Positions 1 to 12,604 of a DNA stretch of 32,055 bases are shown piece after piece. Every line of letters starts with the position of its first letter. The first letter of the stretch is position 1. The notes under the pieces are model-generated. The model made no database searches and was not told the origin of the DNA. It was given only the letters and a program-made list of their open reading frames with translations. The translations under genes and the position numbers were made by a program. Origin of the DNA: Polymyxa betae A26-41 (Eukaryota; Protista; Endomyxa: Phytomyxea); the NCBI GenBank assembly GCA_003693705.1, contig RBZT01000887.1:1-32055 (forward strand), in the 5' to 3' direction.

Positions 1-482
1 TTATTAAAAATTACATAAAACTTCTGATTTTCCCAAAAATAGCGTACGCAGTTTGATGGAACTGCGTCCGCAATAAGACTCGAAGACTGACGCATAAATC
101 TGATGCGTACTAAAGATGCGAACATTGATGAAGTATGAAGACCTACTCTAATAATATTGGGCTCGACTCCCAGAGGTCCGTACGGACACCGTACGGACTG
201 AGCTGAATGAAGCTGGGACTCGAGCTGGAAATAAAACAGAATTGATTACGATCTGACCGAAGTGCTGCCCGATTTTGTAGTAACCTGAAATCGCGATCTG
301 AAGAATCCGCTCTACCATGTAAATTCAAACTTTTGCTGCGATAATGATCGCTGCGACAAGTGCTCACTGAGCTCAGGAGTTCCGATGGGTCTGCGTTGGC
401 GATGGGTTAGCAATGGGGAAACCTCAAGTGCTAAATGACATCAATCCAGGCCAGGCCGTAAGCGGTGTCCTTATCAAGTCGA

Positions 483-604
483 CAGACAACTCGATCAGTC
501 ATTCGATTGGGTTGCGCCCTTCTTATCTAGAGGCCGCGTCTCCCAGACAACTCGATCAGTCATTCGATTGGGTTGCGCCCTTCTTATCTAGAGGCCGCGT
601 CTCC
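483..604. repeat. Perfect 61-bp tandem duplication
   Basis: cagacaactcgatcagtcattcgattgggttgcgcccttcttatctagaggccgcgtctcc occurs at 483-543 and 544-604. Confidence 0.95.
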
Positions 605-693
605 AGCTAGGAGTTACCTTGTAGCATTTACACATCTTGGAATTACACCTGTTTAGTGCACTTCTAATCCAACTCGTCTCAGTATTGACGAGT

Positions 694-1699
694 ATGCCAT
701 TTCAATATTCAGATCTCCCTGATCTTTCAGGGAAAACGTTCATCATAACCGGAGCAACCGCCGGTTTGGGAAAATGTAATTAACAATAGTCAGTTCAATT
801 ATAGATTGATGACTGTTAGCGGTGCTCAGCTCAGGCTCATAATCTGGCGAAGTACAATGCTCATGTGATTGTAGTTGGAAGATCAGAGGCGAAAGTGCAA
901 GAAGTTGTAGAATATATCAAGACAGAATCAAAGAATCAGAATGTCGAAGGAATGATTGCAGATTTAATGGATCTGAAAAGCGTCGCCAGTTTCTGTGATG
1001 CATTTCTATCAAAGAACATCCCTTTGTACTCACTAACACTGAACGCTGCTACTCTAGCCGATACCACTGAGCTAAGCAAAGACGGAATCGAAAAGCAGTG
1101 GCAGACAAATATGCTGGCCCAATACTGCCTCTGCATGAAGCTGCTTCCAGCACTGAAGAAATCGTCAGAAGCTAGAATTGCCATCGTATCTTCGGCATTG
1201 CACTTCTCTCCAAAATCGAAATTTCCGTTGACTGCAGAATACATCAACGCTGATGCATCTTATTCCAAGTTGAAGCGTTATGGTATTGTTATAGCCATAT
1301 CCAGCCTTCAACCGTTAATCGTCGATCGTTTTAGGGGAAACTAAATGCGCCAATGTGCTCTTCACTCGATACTTGTCGAAACATTTAGTGGAGAATGGGC
1401 ACGAGAACATATTCGTGAATTGCTTACATCCCGGTGTCGTCGCAACCGATATCTTCAGAGACTCCTGGACTCCAATCCGATTGTTTTTCTCATGGGTACT
1501 CACGGCTCCTGATAAAGGAGCTAAGACGCAGACCTATCTATCAGCTTCTCCAGAAGTAGCAGAACAGAAATACAAAGGAGAATATTTCGTTCCTGATGCA
1601 AAGCTATCAAAAGCATCAACTGTGGCCACAGACGACAGCTTTGGTCAAGAACTTGTTGAATTTCTCGAATCACAACTAAGATCGGCAACTAGCAGTTAA
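694..1699 (+). CDS. Short-chain dehydrogenase/reductase (retinol dehydrogenase/WWOX-like); exons 694-775, 830-1282, 1335-1699
   Basis: Spliced product has TGATAGLG (Rossmann TGxxxGxG), LNAA, VSS, the catalytic YGETK (YxxxK, rejoined across intron 2) and LHPGVVAT; both introns are GT-AG. Confidence 0.93.
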
Positions 1700-2661
1700 T
1701 TTTGTACGGCATTCGTTTTTAGTTTCGAAAACAGAACATGAAATACACATTCGTCTCTGTTTCTGAACTGTCGTGCATCAAGCGGCGCCTTCGTCGTTCG
1801 TCGGAGAATCCGTCGTTGCTAGATGGATATCGCCGATATTATTGTGGCTCAACCGTCGGTTCGAAAACAGATGTTTGCAGGTAAGAAATGTTCCGTTAAT
1901 CACGAAATCAGTCTTTTAAATACGTCTCTGATTGTGGAAGCTTTATGCGCAGCGACCGACTTCACCTAACAGCGATCATTAAATTAGGCACATCAGATCA
2001 GTTGTTTTGCTTTAGTGCCCCTTCTGATCGGATTCGAAATTCTATCTGGATAACAGTGGCGTCGTTTTACGACATCGCAATACTCGGCGTCATTGAACGT
2101 TGCAGGAAAAAAAAACGCTTCGTTTGTTATAGTAAGAATCACAACGATTGACTGCGGTCGATCTGTAATCAAGAATAGAACAACTCAGAGATGGTAAATT
2201 CGATCAGCTCCTGAGAAGAGCGTCTAAACAGAGTTTTCGAGATAGCACGGCAACGTATTTCGATCCAAGCACGTCTTATCCCTACCAGAAGATAGCGTTG
2301 AATCGAGCACCTTTTGAATATCAATTCGGTTCACATTGATTTGGGCATTGAATTGGAAGGCTCGTGATGGCAAAACCAATCCTGAGACTTGATGTTTAAA
2401 CAGTAGAAAACGGCATGCAATCAATAGCCAATACTCTGAAACGACTAAAGAACTGTAGTCACCATCAGTCGTAAAAACACACAGCGAACCAGACAGATCC
2501 AATCCAATTCTATGTCGTCAGGCACTACTTGAAAGTATTGTCTGTACCATGAATTCAACCCATTAAATACTTAATGCCGTTTATGAAATCGAAGGAGTTG
2601 TAACCAACATGATAGTCATATAAACTGGCTGGAAGAGACTTCTCATATGTAGAGAAAGGCT

Positions 2662-3744
2662 TCAATGTACGGAATCCTCACATTTGACTACCGGTTCCTC
2701 CTCTCGTAGCCGTTTGTTCGGTCTGAAATCGCTCATCACTGGATTCGACAGATTTTGACCTGCCGTCGAGGAGATCTGCACAACTACCCCGGCCGATGGC
2801 GGGTTCAGCATCTCATTGTTCTCATCTGACGACGTTGGCGATGAGTGAGTGAAATTCGAAAACTGCCCTTGCAGCTCGAGGGCGTCGTTCAGGTTCGGAG
2901 CCGAAGTCTCCCGTTGCTTACAGGCGGCGTCGTTCGACTGCGAGCAGTGCAGCACTAACTTGGTCGTCTGCGGGTCGACGTCGCCGTCAGATTTGCTGAG
3001 CGATTGTCGGGCGCACGCCGCGCATCTGCAGATGCCGGAGCAAGACGGGCAGAACCATTCCGGAGCTGAGAACTGCTCGGGCCCAATCGTGTAGAACTTC
3101 AAGAGACAGTGCGGGCAGTACTTCTTACGACAGTTGCGTTTGTCGCTGCGATGGCGCCGATCGAACTTCCTCTGGCAGAACACCAACCCTTCCAGCGCCT
3201 AAAGCTCAATATCAGCAAGGGCCGCGCGTGCGGAAACATCTCGGACCTTGACATTCTTGCATTGATGGCAGCTGCTGCCGCCCTTTTTCTTCTCAGGCTG
3301 AGCTTTGTCAGCCTTGTCTAGCTCAGGATGCACCTTGGCTTGGAACGGCGCTGATTTCGCTTCAGGTCGTTGTTGATCGGCAACTACGGACTCCGCGACC
3401 ACCGCGGTTACTTTGTTCGATTCATTGCCGTCTGATTTGCGTTCAGGTAGCTCGATGATATCGCACGTAACGACCAGGATAGGTTGCGGCAGGAACGGGT
3501 TTAGGAAGGCGCTGGTCACATTAGGACACAGCGTCTTCCCGTTAATACGAATGCCCTGGAAGACGTGTTCTTCGCGCCAGGCTGATAGATGGATCTGATG
3601 GTCTTGTCCGTCGTTTGAATGGAATACGATGTATTGGACGCCCATGCGCTTCAGGTTCTCGATTAGATTGGAGAAGGGACGCATCATCATCGTTCTGGAC
3701 AGACCAGCAGCAGTCTGGGCGGCTCCAAAAGTCGACGACTTCAT
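2662..3744 (-). CDS. zf-4CXXC_R1 (CDCA7/JMJ-type) zinc-finger protein; intron 3199-3246
   Basis: SSCHQCK...VFC...C.KKYCPHCL..Y...W.CPSCSGICRCAAC is reconstituted by removing a 48-nt GT-AG intron; the ATG (MKSSTF) is inferred. Confidence 0.85.
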
Positions 3745-4328
3745 GGTCTTAATGAAGACGACGCTGGCAAACTGAGTCACGAGATTAAACTGCGCCTGGT
3801 CTGAAACTGCGCCACGGACGCAAATTGGAAAATGCGTGAGACCGGACTGTCGCGAGTGGCATTTAGTCCGCGGGATTAATCACCTCCATTCACGCATTAT
3901 GTCGGCTTTCGGGCATTGATTCACAGCGAGCCACAACATTTGCGCTCCATTCATATACAACTTCAGCTCAATGCGCGGCGAAATTACGGTCGCAGATTCG
4001 CGCGAGTGCTAAGAATTCATCCAGATAAGGCAGATGTTTTCTGGAGCTGTTGCCTGATTGCGATCAGAATTCAGTCCGATTGGACTTTTAGTGTTTCCAA
4101 ATGGCTTTGACGGTAGGCAGTTATCGAGTAAATGCTTGTCTTGCTTAAGGCAATCTAGTCATCATCTTGATCGTTGCTTTCGTTTTATTGTTTTTTCTTT
4201 CCTATTCTTCTTTGTGGTAGAGTATCGATTCTGACTACAATGTGATGCATGCATGAACTCAGTACTTGATACAAGGGGCTGAGTTTAATGCAATCGATAC
4301 ACCGTTGTTTCCAGTCTAAACTCAGAAG

Positions 4329-7314
4329 TCAAATACATTCAACGATTGAAGCAACATCAAATATTACTGGCTGGACAGTAATCGTCCTTTTATCCGAAGC
4401 AGACTTTTCAAGAACGGATTGTTCAACCACGAAAGCATTAGTGAAAGACCGCCCAATCCAATGATTACTCAGATAAATATCACACCAGGCTATAGATTCT
4501 GAATCTGATCACTTCCGATCAGAATATTTCCACAGCAGATAATCTGAGAAATACCCCAGTCTTCCCACTTTACGAGCATCGACTCAGATCCGTTGACGAT
4601 TACTTTGTTCAATGTCAAACTGCTCGAGAAAGTCTAAATCGAAACCATCAGAAGCGCTGGAGATTAATAGCAATTATTTACCGGAGGTTTCCAGGATTCA
4701 GCAGTAATGATCTGACCTAAATGGAAAACTGACGGTGACTCTCCAGATTTCAACTGCCATTCTATAGAGACAATGGGCGATGCGTCTAACTCAAATTTCA
4801 GCGTTATCCATTCCGAATCACGTTCTTCGATTTCGGTTGGGAATAACCTTCCAGCCTACCAGTAATTCAGGTACATTCATCAAACTACAACAACAATTAT
4901 CAACCCTCCAGATAGTAAATGCATGAGCAACAGCCCCTAGGTCAATCTGATGCAGCTCCTTTTCAAACAGATTTGGATTCGGGAACACGTTTTGAGCGAT
5001 CAATGAGACCGTTTCTTTTTGTGAATCAGAAAGCCAGTCAAATCTGGCAAGCCAATCCTTCCAGAAATTGCATTCAAGCATCAAACTGATAGATCTTCCA
5101 TCAGCGAAATGAACACCCAGAGATTGCTGGGAGGTATCTGGTCCAGGGATGACAGTCACCGACAACTTCACAGCTTCGGTCTTGGATTTTGAATCTATAA
5201 CTATTGTTTGAGGAATCGTCCGAGATTGTTTGATATTTACCATCGGAATAGAAATAGAATAGTGGTAATGTTGCGTTTGCAAACGGTCCCATTTCACAGG
5301 AAATACAATTGCCTGCTTCAAAAGCAACAGACCTGTCCCATTTGACACGAACCCCAGAATGACAATCAGGAAATAGTGTCGAATCGAAAAGGAAAGCTGA
5401 TGGGCGATCTTGCTGCAACAGCTGATACCAAGGCGTATCAGACAGACGCTTTCCCGATTTATACACCGACTTTCCACATCCTTGGCTGAAATTGCTCATA
5501 AATGGCAATGCGAAGCGAATCGGTTTAGGTCGCAGTATAGGAGGCATATCAGCAAGCGGAGGACGACCAATCCATACTGCAGGAATTTCATCATGCTGAA
5601 CTGAAGATTGCTCTTTCCAAAGTAGCTTCCTAACCCCTAAATACCATTCATATCATTGACATTGAGAAAGCAAAAATCGCTTCGTACCTTTGCCATATCC
5701 GACAAATCCCTCGATTTCTTTGTGTCTAGTAGTAGGACTAGTTGGAAGACTACCAACAATATCGTCCTTCTCAGTTAAGAAATCGATATGCAATTGGCTT
5801 CCTTTTCTCTGAGCAGGTATCAAAAAGCATGAAACTACGTTTGCAAATCTTCATACATGAAACACCGAAACTGGAGGAATCGAATCGAGTAGATTGGGAT
5901 AGACGTGTTCGCCATCCCACACATCTAATAGATCCACTTCCTGTGTTCTTTCGAATGATGTTTTACCATCAAGTAACTTGACAGAATTCCAAGCGTTCGG
6001 CTTTGGTTCGATAACTAAGACGCTATTAGCAAGGTTGATGACGTCGTCAGCTGCTATTACCTGTGTATCGAGCTTCGGTCCATATCCTGGCTTCGATACG
6101 AAGGCAGGCTTCTCTTCCTTTAGAGAAACCTCCTGCAGATTCGTAAGCCCATCCAGGAGCAAAGATCGCCACCGATGCCCCAGCCTGGAAACAATGCCTG
6201 ATAGCTGATGCAATGTTGTAGCCGCCGCCACCAAATGTCCCTTTAAACCAGGTTAGACTTGTGAATCGATTATATGCATAGGGGACCTCTGCCAAAGACA
6301 TCGATTCCCATAAATATTTGCTTCGAGCGATTTCCAGCAAAGGAGACGGATAAAGTGGGTTGTTCAGGCTTCCAATGGTAATCGATGAGGATACCTTCAG
6401 TATCTCATTCAGCTCAAGATCGCAGAAATCAGATAGCATTACCATCTGACGCATCGAAAAACAGCGAATTGGCATCGTTTAGTTCACACTGATAGGCAAG
6501 ATGCCCTTCCTTATCAATGCAGTCATAGCAAATAATTTTTGACCATGTCACAGCTTTATGAGCGGCAGCAGATAGCTCAGAGACAAAATTCAATAATTGC
6601 TCTGGAGTAAGAACGGTTCCCAATTCACATTCGAAGTTTAGCAGATAACCTATCGGCTTTGAGAGATCACCAGCCAGGAACTGGGTCCAGAATACCATCG
6701 AATCCATAGTAAACCATTGCCGAGACAAGCTGCTTTATGCACAGCTCCGGGTTCTTCAGTAAGTGCTTGATATCATTGGAGCCGGCATTCCATTCAAAGA
6801 TAAGCGTACCTAAAAGCATAATGAAAATCTATAGAGGCCCAGAAGCTATCCAAACCTAAACATGGGATATCGTTTCGATGACATGTTTCAATCCATCCCA
6901 GAGGAGGGATAGTAACGCGAGCATGAGAGAAATATACGAATATATCAACTAACGGCCAGAACCATGGTGCATAGGCATTGCCTTCTTTTACAATTGCACC
7001 TTGTGGGTTGGCATCGTCTGTGTACCCTGATATAGTCCTCAGTCTAAGCTCGAGCCAAGTTCAACACTTTAGACCTCCTCTCATATCATGGCAAACCAGC
7101 GTTTGCAGCTTGTTAACCGATTCGGTAGTCCAAATCCATTTCCTCTACAGTTCATAAATTCTGCCATCATTTATGAACTCGGGTAGGCAGTTACCCGAGA
7201 TCTATTCAACGGATCGGGGTCGGAAGCGAAATCAACTTCGAGCAGCTCTTGAACAGACCGTATTGGTTTCGCCAGAAGCGGTAGACTATCGCCTGTTGAA
7301 GTCCTCACTGTCAT
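4329..7314 (-). CDS. ENGASE: Cytosolic endo-beta-N-acetylglucosaminidase (GH85), multi-exon
   Basis: Spliced motifs LVCHDMRGGY, YFSHARVTIPP, LGTLIFEW, GFDGYLLNFE (catalytic NxE), GTFGGGG, AIFAPGWAYE and LPFMSNFSQGCG; the 3' end is less certain. Confidence 0.9.
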
Positions 7315-7455
7315 GTGTAAACGGCTAATAGAATGGAGAAAGAGATTGATGTTTCACTGAACGATTCCAAGATGTTACATTCGAATATGTGATATAACGG
7401 ACATACAGGTTCTATAGTTAATTATAAGGGGGACCTGCTCATAGGGGGGTCTGGA

Positions 7456-7456
<1 letters not shown>

Positions 7457-7493
<37 letters not shown>

Positions 7494-7498
7494 TTCTC
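7457..7498. repeat. (CT)n microsatellite
   Basis: About 20 CT units with two interruptions. Confidence 0.9.
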
Positions 7499-7898
7499 GT
7501 CTGTGTCATTTATCTACGCCTTGTCTGATGTCAAGACTAAACTCGTCAGCCGAATGCAACAGGCTCATGGAATGTTGCCTTTGCTGAATTCAGTTTAACA
7601 GCGCGATGCTATATCGGCCTTGCAGGTCGCTTGGGATCCCCTTCGGACGAACTGTTGTTCATGACAAGTTGATAGTTTCCGAGAATCAAATAGAATATTG
7701 ATCAGCAGTAGCTGTTGGATGGACGTTTGCATATTGAAGTAAATTATGTGTTTATAAATGGAAATTATCGATTGAAGAATCTCATTTTTGATTGAAGAGA
7801 TCCTGGGTGTTTTGCAATGCGGCACTGTGTTATTGCTATCGAGTTTAAATTTGGTCGCTTGATGATTTCGATTTACCATGCTGGCACTAGAACGTTCT

Positions 7899-9780
7899 AA
7901 AAAGGCGGAGCTGTATATATTTTTCCCCCCAGAAATCCCATTCCTAATTCTTTTCCGATCCAAATTCCATTTATATCACAATTTCCCCATACAAAACGCC
8001 CAGAAAGGTCCCCAAATTTTCATTCATATCACGTTAGTATTTATAGACACCGAAAACTCCACGACCCAGAGCAAAAGAAAATCTATAATGAAACCCAGAG
8101 AGTTAAGCAAAAGCAATATAAAAAGGAATGGCAACAGAACAAGAACGAACAAAACCCGAACTATAAAAAAAGACAAAACTCATTTTCAGCCAGAAAGAAA
8201 TACATTTCAAAACGTTAGAAAAATCCAGAAATAGGTACCAATCTACCAATTGATCCAGAATACCGAACCCCAAACCAATCCATCTAATTATTTCCAAAAG
8301 AATCAATCACCATATCGATTGCCAAGCACCCCGAATCCCAATTAATTCACCACCTCCCAAAAATCTCCCAATAATCTCATTAAATCGATCTACTCATTCC
8401 ATCCGACAAAACGAAGTGTATTATGTTGAGGAAATAGGACAACAGCCGATCTGGAATAGGTAACAATATCAGAACAAATAAAAAAGAAGCGGATACGGCT
8501 GAACGTCGGCTTGGCGGACATCGAGTTTGTGTATGACCGCTGCAAATCCCATTGGGATCGTAGCGACACCAACCGAAAGCCACCGGTGAATCAATGAGGA
8601 TTTGATCTCGGCAAGACGCTATGCTTCATTGAAATGGAACAGCCACCGGCGCCCCGCTTCAGTGACCCGGCGCATTCGGGGCTGCATGTCGAACGTCCCG
8701 ATGGCGTCCAGGATGGCGTCGTGTGTAGTACTGCTTAAGTAGGCCCTGGACTAACAGCTGTGGAGCTGTTATTGTATTAATACCTTTTGGTAAGTTAGTT
8801 GCTGTGAAGTCCAGGCGCAGTTTCTAAAGAATAACAGGACCGCCACCTTGCCTTGCGGCTCGCTTGGATTGGATCCAGACCGTACGTGACTTCATCGCCG
8901 TCGTCGATAGCCGCCTGCTTCTTCTGGCGCGAACTACAATGGAACGGTTACGAGATCGATTGCAAAAATGGGTATATGGCGTTCTAGTACGTGAGAGGAG
9001 CACCCCTCTGCTGCGGACATTTTAGCTCTGGCAGTCTGCGCGTGAGGCGTCATACTTTAAGTAGAAAATAGCTGAGCATTTTCACAATAAACACAAAAGT
9101 CTCTTTTCTTACGAAGGGCATCACACCCGAGCAGATGTCATCGTAACGCTGATTGCTGAATGGAATGTATCACTCATCAATGCCAGTTGTATTAGGGTTT
9201 AATCGCTCATTATTTCCAGCACGATTATGGTAAAGTTGAACTCCATTTTGAGTTTGTTAGATTGGATACAACAGAAAAAATATGATAATATCAGCGAATG
9301 TTGGGAACATTTGGACGAGGCATTGGATTATTTAGTATTTTTAAAAGAGGATATAGAAATTATAGATATAGGAATGAAATTATGGAGAAGATATTGTAAG
9401 AAGAAATGATTTTGGTTTGCGTTATCTTGCGTTTGGTTTGAAGGGTTGATTTGTTGGGGGCGTGGTGGATTTATTTTTTGTTTATTGGGAATTGGATTAG
9501 GGTTTTTTGTTTTTGAATTTTAATTTAAAAACAAAAATATATTTGGGTCGTGCTGGGGTTTGGGAATTGGAAATTTAGGGTTTGATATTTTTGGAGATTG
9601 GTTTTAAAAATGACGATGGGATGGGGCGGATGATATTCTCGGAAATTGGTTTTTGAAAATTGGAAATTTTTTTAGGGTTAGGGTTTCTAACGCCATTGGG
9701 TCTTAAAACGAGATATTTTCGAAATCGGTTTTCGACAAACGGGACTTTTGGGGGATAAAAATATACAGCTCCGCCTTTTT
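7899..9780. mobile_element. Putative non-autonomous TIR DNA element (about 1.88 kb)
   Basis: Left end aaaaaggcggagctgtatat... and right end ...atatacagctccgccttttt form a perfect 20-bp inverted repeat that extends imperfectly to about 40 bp; flanks are cgttct/cgtttt; the A/C-rich left arm mirrors the T/G-rich right arm; no transposase recognised. Confidence 0.75.
9227..9409 (+). CDS. Small AT-rich hypothetical ORF (60 aa) inside the TIR element
   Basis: ATG-initiated with protein-like composition (LDEALDYLVFLKEDIE); no family recognised. Confidence 0.3.
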   Translation: MVKLNSILSLLDWIQQKKYDNISECWEHLDEALDYLVFLKEDIEIIDIGMKLWRRYCKKK

Positions 9781-9982
9781 CGTTTTGTGTATAGAATTGT
9801 TGTTTTCTCATTCATCTTGCTGTCTATGAAAGATCTCACAAAATGCGTTTGTGAATAGAGAGACTGTTTAGTGTATCGTGGCGTCCATACGACATTATTT
9901 ATCTGATTGAACATCACAGAGGTGGTTGTGGCCGGCCAGGTCTATTACGACCACCAGGCCCATCGTCATCATTCCATATGAT

Positions 9983-12604
9983 ATGAGCGGGTCGGGCGTC
10001 TTTGATCCCAAGGCCTTCCTACAGGCTCGCAGCCAGGGTCGGCCGCCGCCGCCGCCACCACCCGCGCCGGCATCGCCGCAGATTCTCGGCGTCGACTCCG
10101 ATGACGACTTTTCGAATCTGAATTCGTCGTTCGCCACGTTTGGCGATGTGCCTTCGTTATCGCCAGAAATCGGTAATCATGCGGTCTCGGTCTCGCCCGA
10201 GAGGAGTTCGCCTCGACGAACATCTCCAGAGAGTAAACCGTCACCAATTCGGAAGCAATTATCACCAGTACCTGATGATAGACAACTGCAAGGTCCAACA
10301 TCCGTTGCTCTACCGCCTGGTCATAGTGGACATCACACACCGGACGAGGTCGTACAGAATCAGCTGTTTACTGGCTATGGCGTTCCACAACGAGTTCCAA
10401 CGTCGTTTGGACGTCGTATGGGACCTTCGGCTGTCCGCCGTCAACCTTCAGCTGTACGTCATCCTCCATCAGTACCACGATCAACTACACCAAATGCCAT
10501 ACAAGGAGCTCCTGGTGGTAATCACATACAGGGTCCCGTAGGCCATCCATCCTGGACGGCGTCTGTGCCTCACAATGCTCCTGTCCCAACAGGGCAACCG
10601 AGGGCAGTACGACCACCGCCCAGGCCACCAATAGCACCAAGCCCTGGTCCGCAACCAGAGGCGAACAAGGATCCAGGTTTCGTGCATCGCGGGGCAGTAC
10701 GGCTGCCGCCTCGACCGGCAGTAGCACCGAGCCCGATTCCATTGCCGCAAACGAACGCCGACCCGGGCTTCGTGCATCGAGGGGCAGCACGACCGATACC
10801 CAGGCCGATGCCTCAACCGGCAGCAAGGCAGCCTGTGGCCCCCACTCGCATGCTTCAACAACCGATGAGGTCACGTCCGGAGCTAGTACGACCTGCATTA
10901 CAACGTCCACCTGTCATGCCTCGACCAATATCGCAACCGCCACTTACAGCTGCAGCACATTCTGATCGGCAATCGATTGGGATAGATTCAGCAGCTTCTG
11001 CTCTATATAGAGGCGGTATTCCCATTGATAGAAGAGCTCCACCACCTGTTCCTCGTTACCAATCGGATCAGCCGAGACGTTCAGTACCACCCCATTTTCG
11101 CCCTCGAAATGCATTGACTCCTTCAAGACCACCTCCGATTCCTTCTCAGGACGTACAGCCGCCGCCGCCGCCGCCGCAGCAGCAGCAGCAGGAAACTTTG
11201 GACGTTGTCGACAACCAGCAGACGCGTCACGATCAATCAGATTCTCATCCAGATGAATCATTTGATCAATGCCGTTCACCATCTCCATTGCTATTGCCAC
11301 CTCAACGACGATCACATGGGATGCCTCCCGTATATCGTCGTATTGCTGGGCCGCCATCAGGGCCAGCGCATAGTCCGTCGATTGTGCTTGTACAATCACA
11401 ATCGGATCAGAGCTTACCTAAGCAGCAGGATCGATCTCTCTCACCTCTCTCTGTGCAAAATACAGCAACCAGCAGCCCAAGGCCTGTATCATCACAGCCA
11501 CCCTCATTTGCAGATAATAACCAGCGGGGACAATCACCTCATAACCAGCATTCTGTTAGCTCTAAACATCAGATTCCAAGAAGCGATCCAGCTGATAACG
11601 ATAATTCGTTTCCAATATTCAATTACGAGAATGTATCGAGTCCTCAAGTTAGCCCGACGCGCTCTGATTTGCCACATTCATCGCCAGCGCACCAAGGTCA
11701 GGGCAGTCAATCATCATCTCGCTCAGTATCTCCATCACCTTCCTCAGCAGTATCCCCTCGAGCTGCCGTAATTGAAACCCCAAATGTTCGTCCTGATCAA
11801 CAGACGCGGTCGCGATTCCGCTCTCCGGAACCTGAATCTGCAGAAAGGAATCGCGACAAGTCGGTTGAGGCGCACCCGGCCCGGTTCGAGAGAGCTTCGC
11901 ATCGAGTTTCTTCTCCTGGTTCTATCGCTGGGTCAATTTCTGATGAAAGAAGGCAATATTTCATACAGAAAGCGAAGTTAGTGCAACAACGCTATCAGGA
12001 AGAGACCGATTCTTTGCAGCAGCAGATTCGGAAATTGAAAGCGTCATTACGGGCTCTTCCTGCCCCAGAAACCAATACCGTGTCCGAATCGACGTTTAAT
12101 TACGACGATTGTCTTCCATTCGCTTTCGGGGAGAATTCTCGTCTGGTTCGCCGCGCTATCGATGAACAATTGGATAAAAATGCTCGAATGGAGGCGATGC
12201 TGTCTAAACTGGCGTTCGTGCTCGAGGCTGGGTCGTATCCGGATTCATTCCAAACTCGGATCGAAAAATCGTTGGAATCGCGAGAAATGAAGATCATACA
12301 AGAGAGGCTGATGTCTGCTGAGGATCGTATTAAAGAATTAACGAACGAGAATGAATATCTATCAAAGCAACTATCAGCGAAAGAGGAACGAATCAGAGCA
12401 GTTCAGGAAGAATCGAAAGTTCTTATTGAGACGTTACGGCAGTCGCTGGAACAAGAGACGTTCGAAAGGAAGCGTATGAACGCTCTATATGATGAAGAAC
12501 GTCACGTATTGAATGCCTCATTGAGAGAGACAATACAGAAGTTGGCTGCCGATAATGAACGATATCGAATTCGTCTATTGGAAGCAGGCCTCTCTGATGA
12601 TTAG
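9983..12604 (+). CDS. Intronless Pro/Ser-rich disordered protein with C-terminal coiled coil (about 873 aa)
   Basis: 2.6-kb open frame; first in-frame ATG at 9983 (MSGSGVFDPK); E/K/L/R heptad-like C-terminus. Confidence 0.85.
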   Translation: MSGSGVFDPKAFLQARSQGRPPPPPPPAPASPQILGVDSDDDFSNLNSSFATFGDVPSLSPEIGNHAVSVSPERSSPRRTSPESKPSPIRKQLSPVPDDRQLQGPTSVALPPGHSGHHTPDEVVQNQLFTGYGVPQRVPTSFGRRMGPSAVRRQPSAVRHPPSVPRSTTPNAIQGAPGGNHIQGPVGHPSWTASVPHNAPVPTGQPRAVRPPPRPPIAPSPGPQPEANKDPGFVHRGAVRLPPRPAVAPSPIPLPQTNADPGFVHRGAARPIPRPMPQPAARQPVAPTRMLQQPMRSRPELVRPALQRPPVMPRPISQPPLTAAAHSDRQSIGIDSAASALYRGGIPIDRRAPPPVPRYQSDQPRRSVPPHFRPRNALTPSRPPPIPSQDVQPPPPPPQQQQQETLDVVDNQQTRHDQSDSHPDESFDQCRSPSPLLLPPQRRSHGMPPVYRRIAGPPSGPAHSPSIVLVQSQSDQSLPKQQDRSLSPLSVQNTATSSPRPVSSQPPSFADNNQRGQSPHNQHSVSSKHQIPRSDPADNDNSFPIFNYENVSSPQVSPTRSDLPHSSPAHQGQGSQSSSRSVSPSPSSAVSPRAAVIETPNVRPDQQTRSRFRSPEPESAERNRDKSVEAHPARFERASHRVSSPGSIAGSISDERRQYFIQKAKLVQQRYQEETDSLQQQIRKLKASLRALPAPETNTVSESTFNYDDCLPFAFGENSRLVRRAIDEQLDKNARMEAMLSKLAFVLEAGSYPDSFQTRIEKSLESREMKIIQERLMSAEDRIKELTNENEYLSKQLSAKEERIRAVQEESKVLIETLRQSLEQETFERKRMNALYDEERHVLNASLRETIQKLAADNERYRIRLLEAGLSDD

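Noticed and set aside
1700-2660. Short ORFs 1945-2151 and 2224-2502
   Set aside because: No recognisable motifs and no convincing splice model
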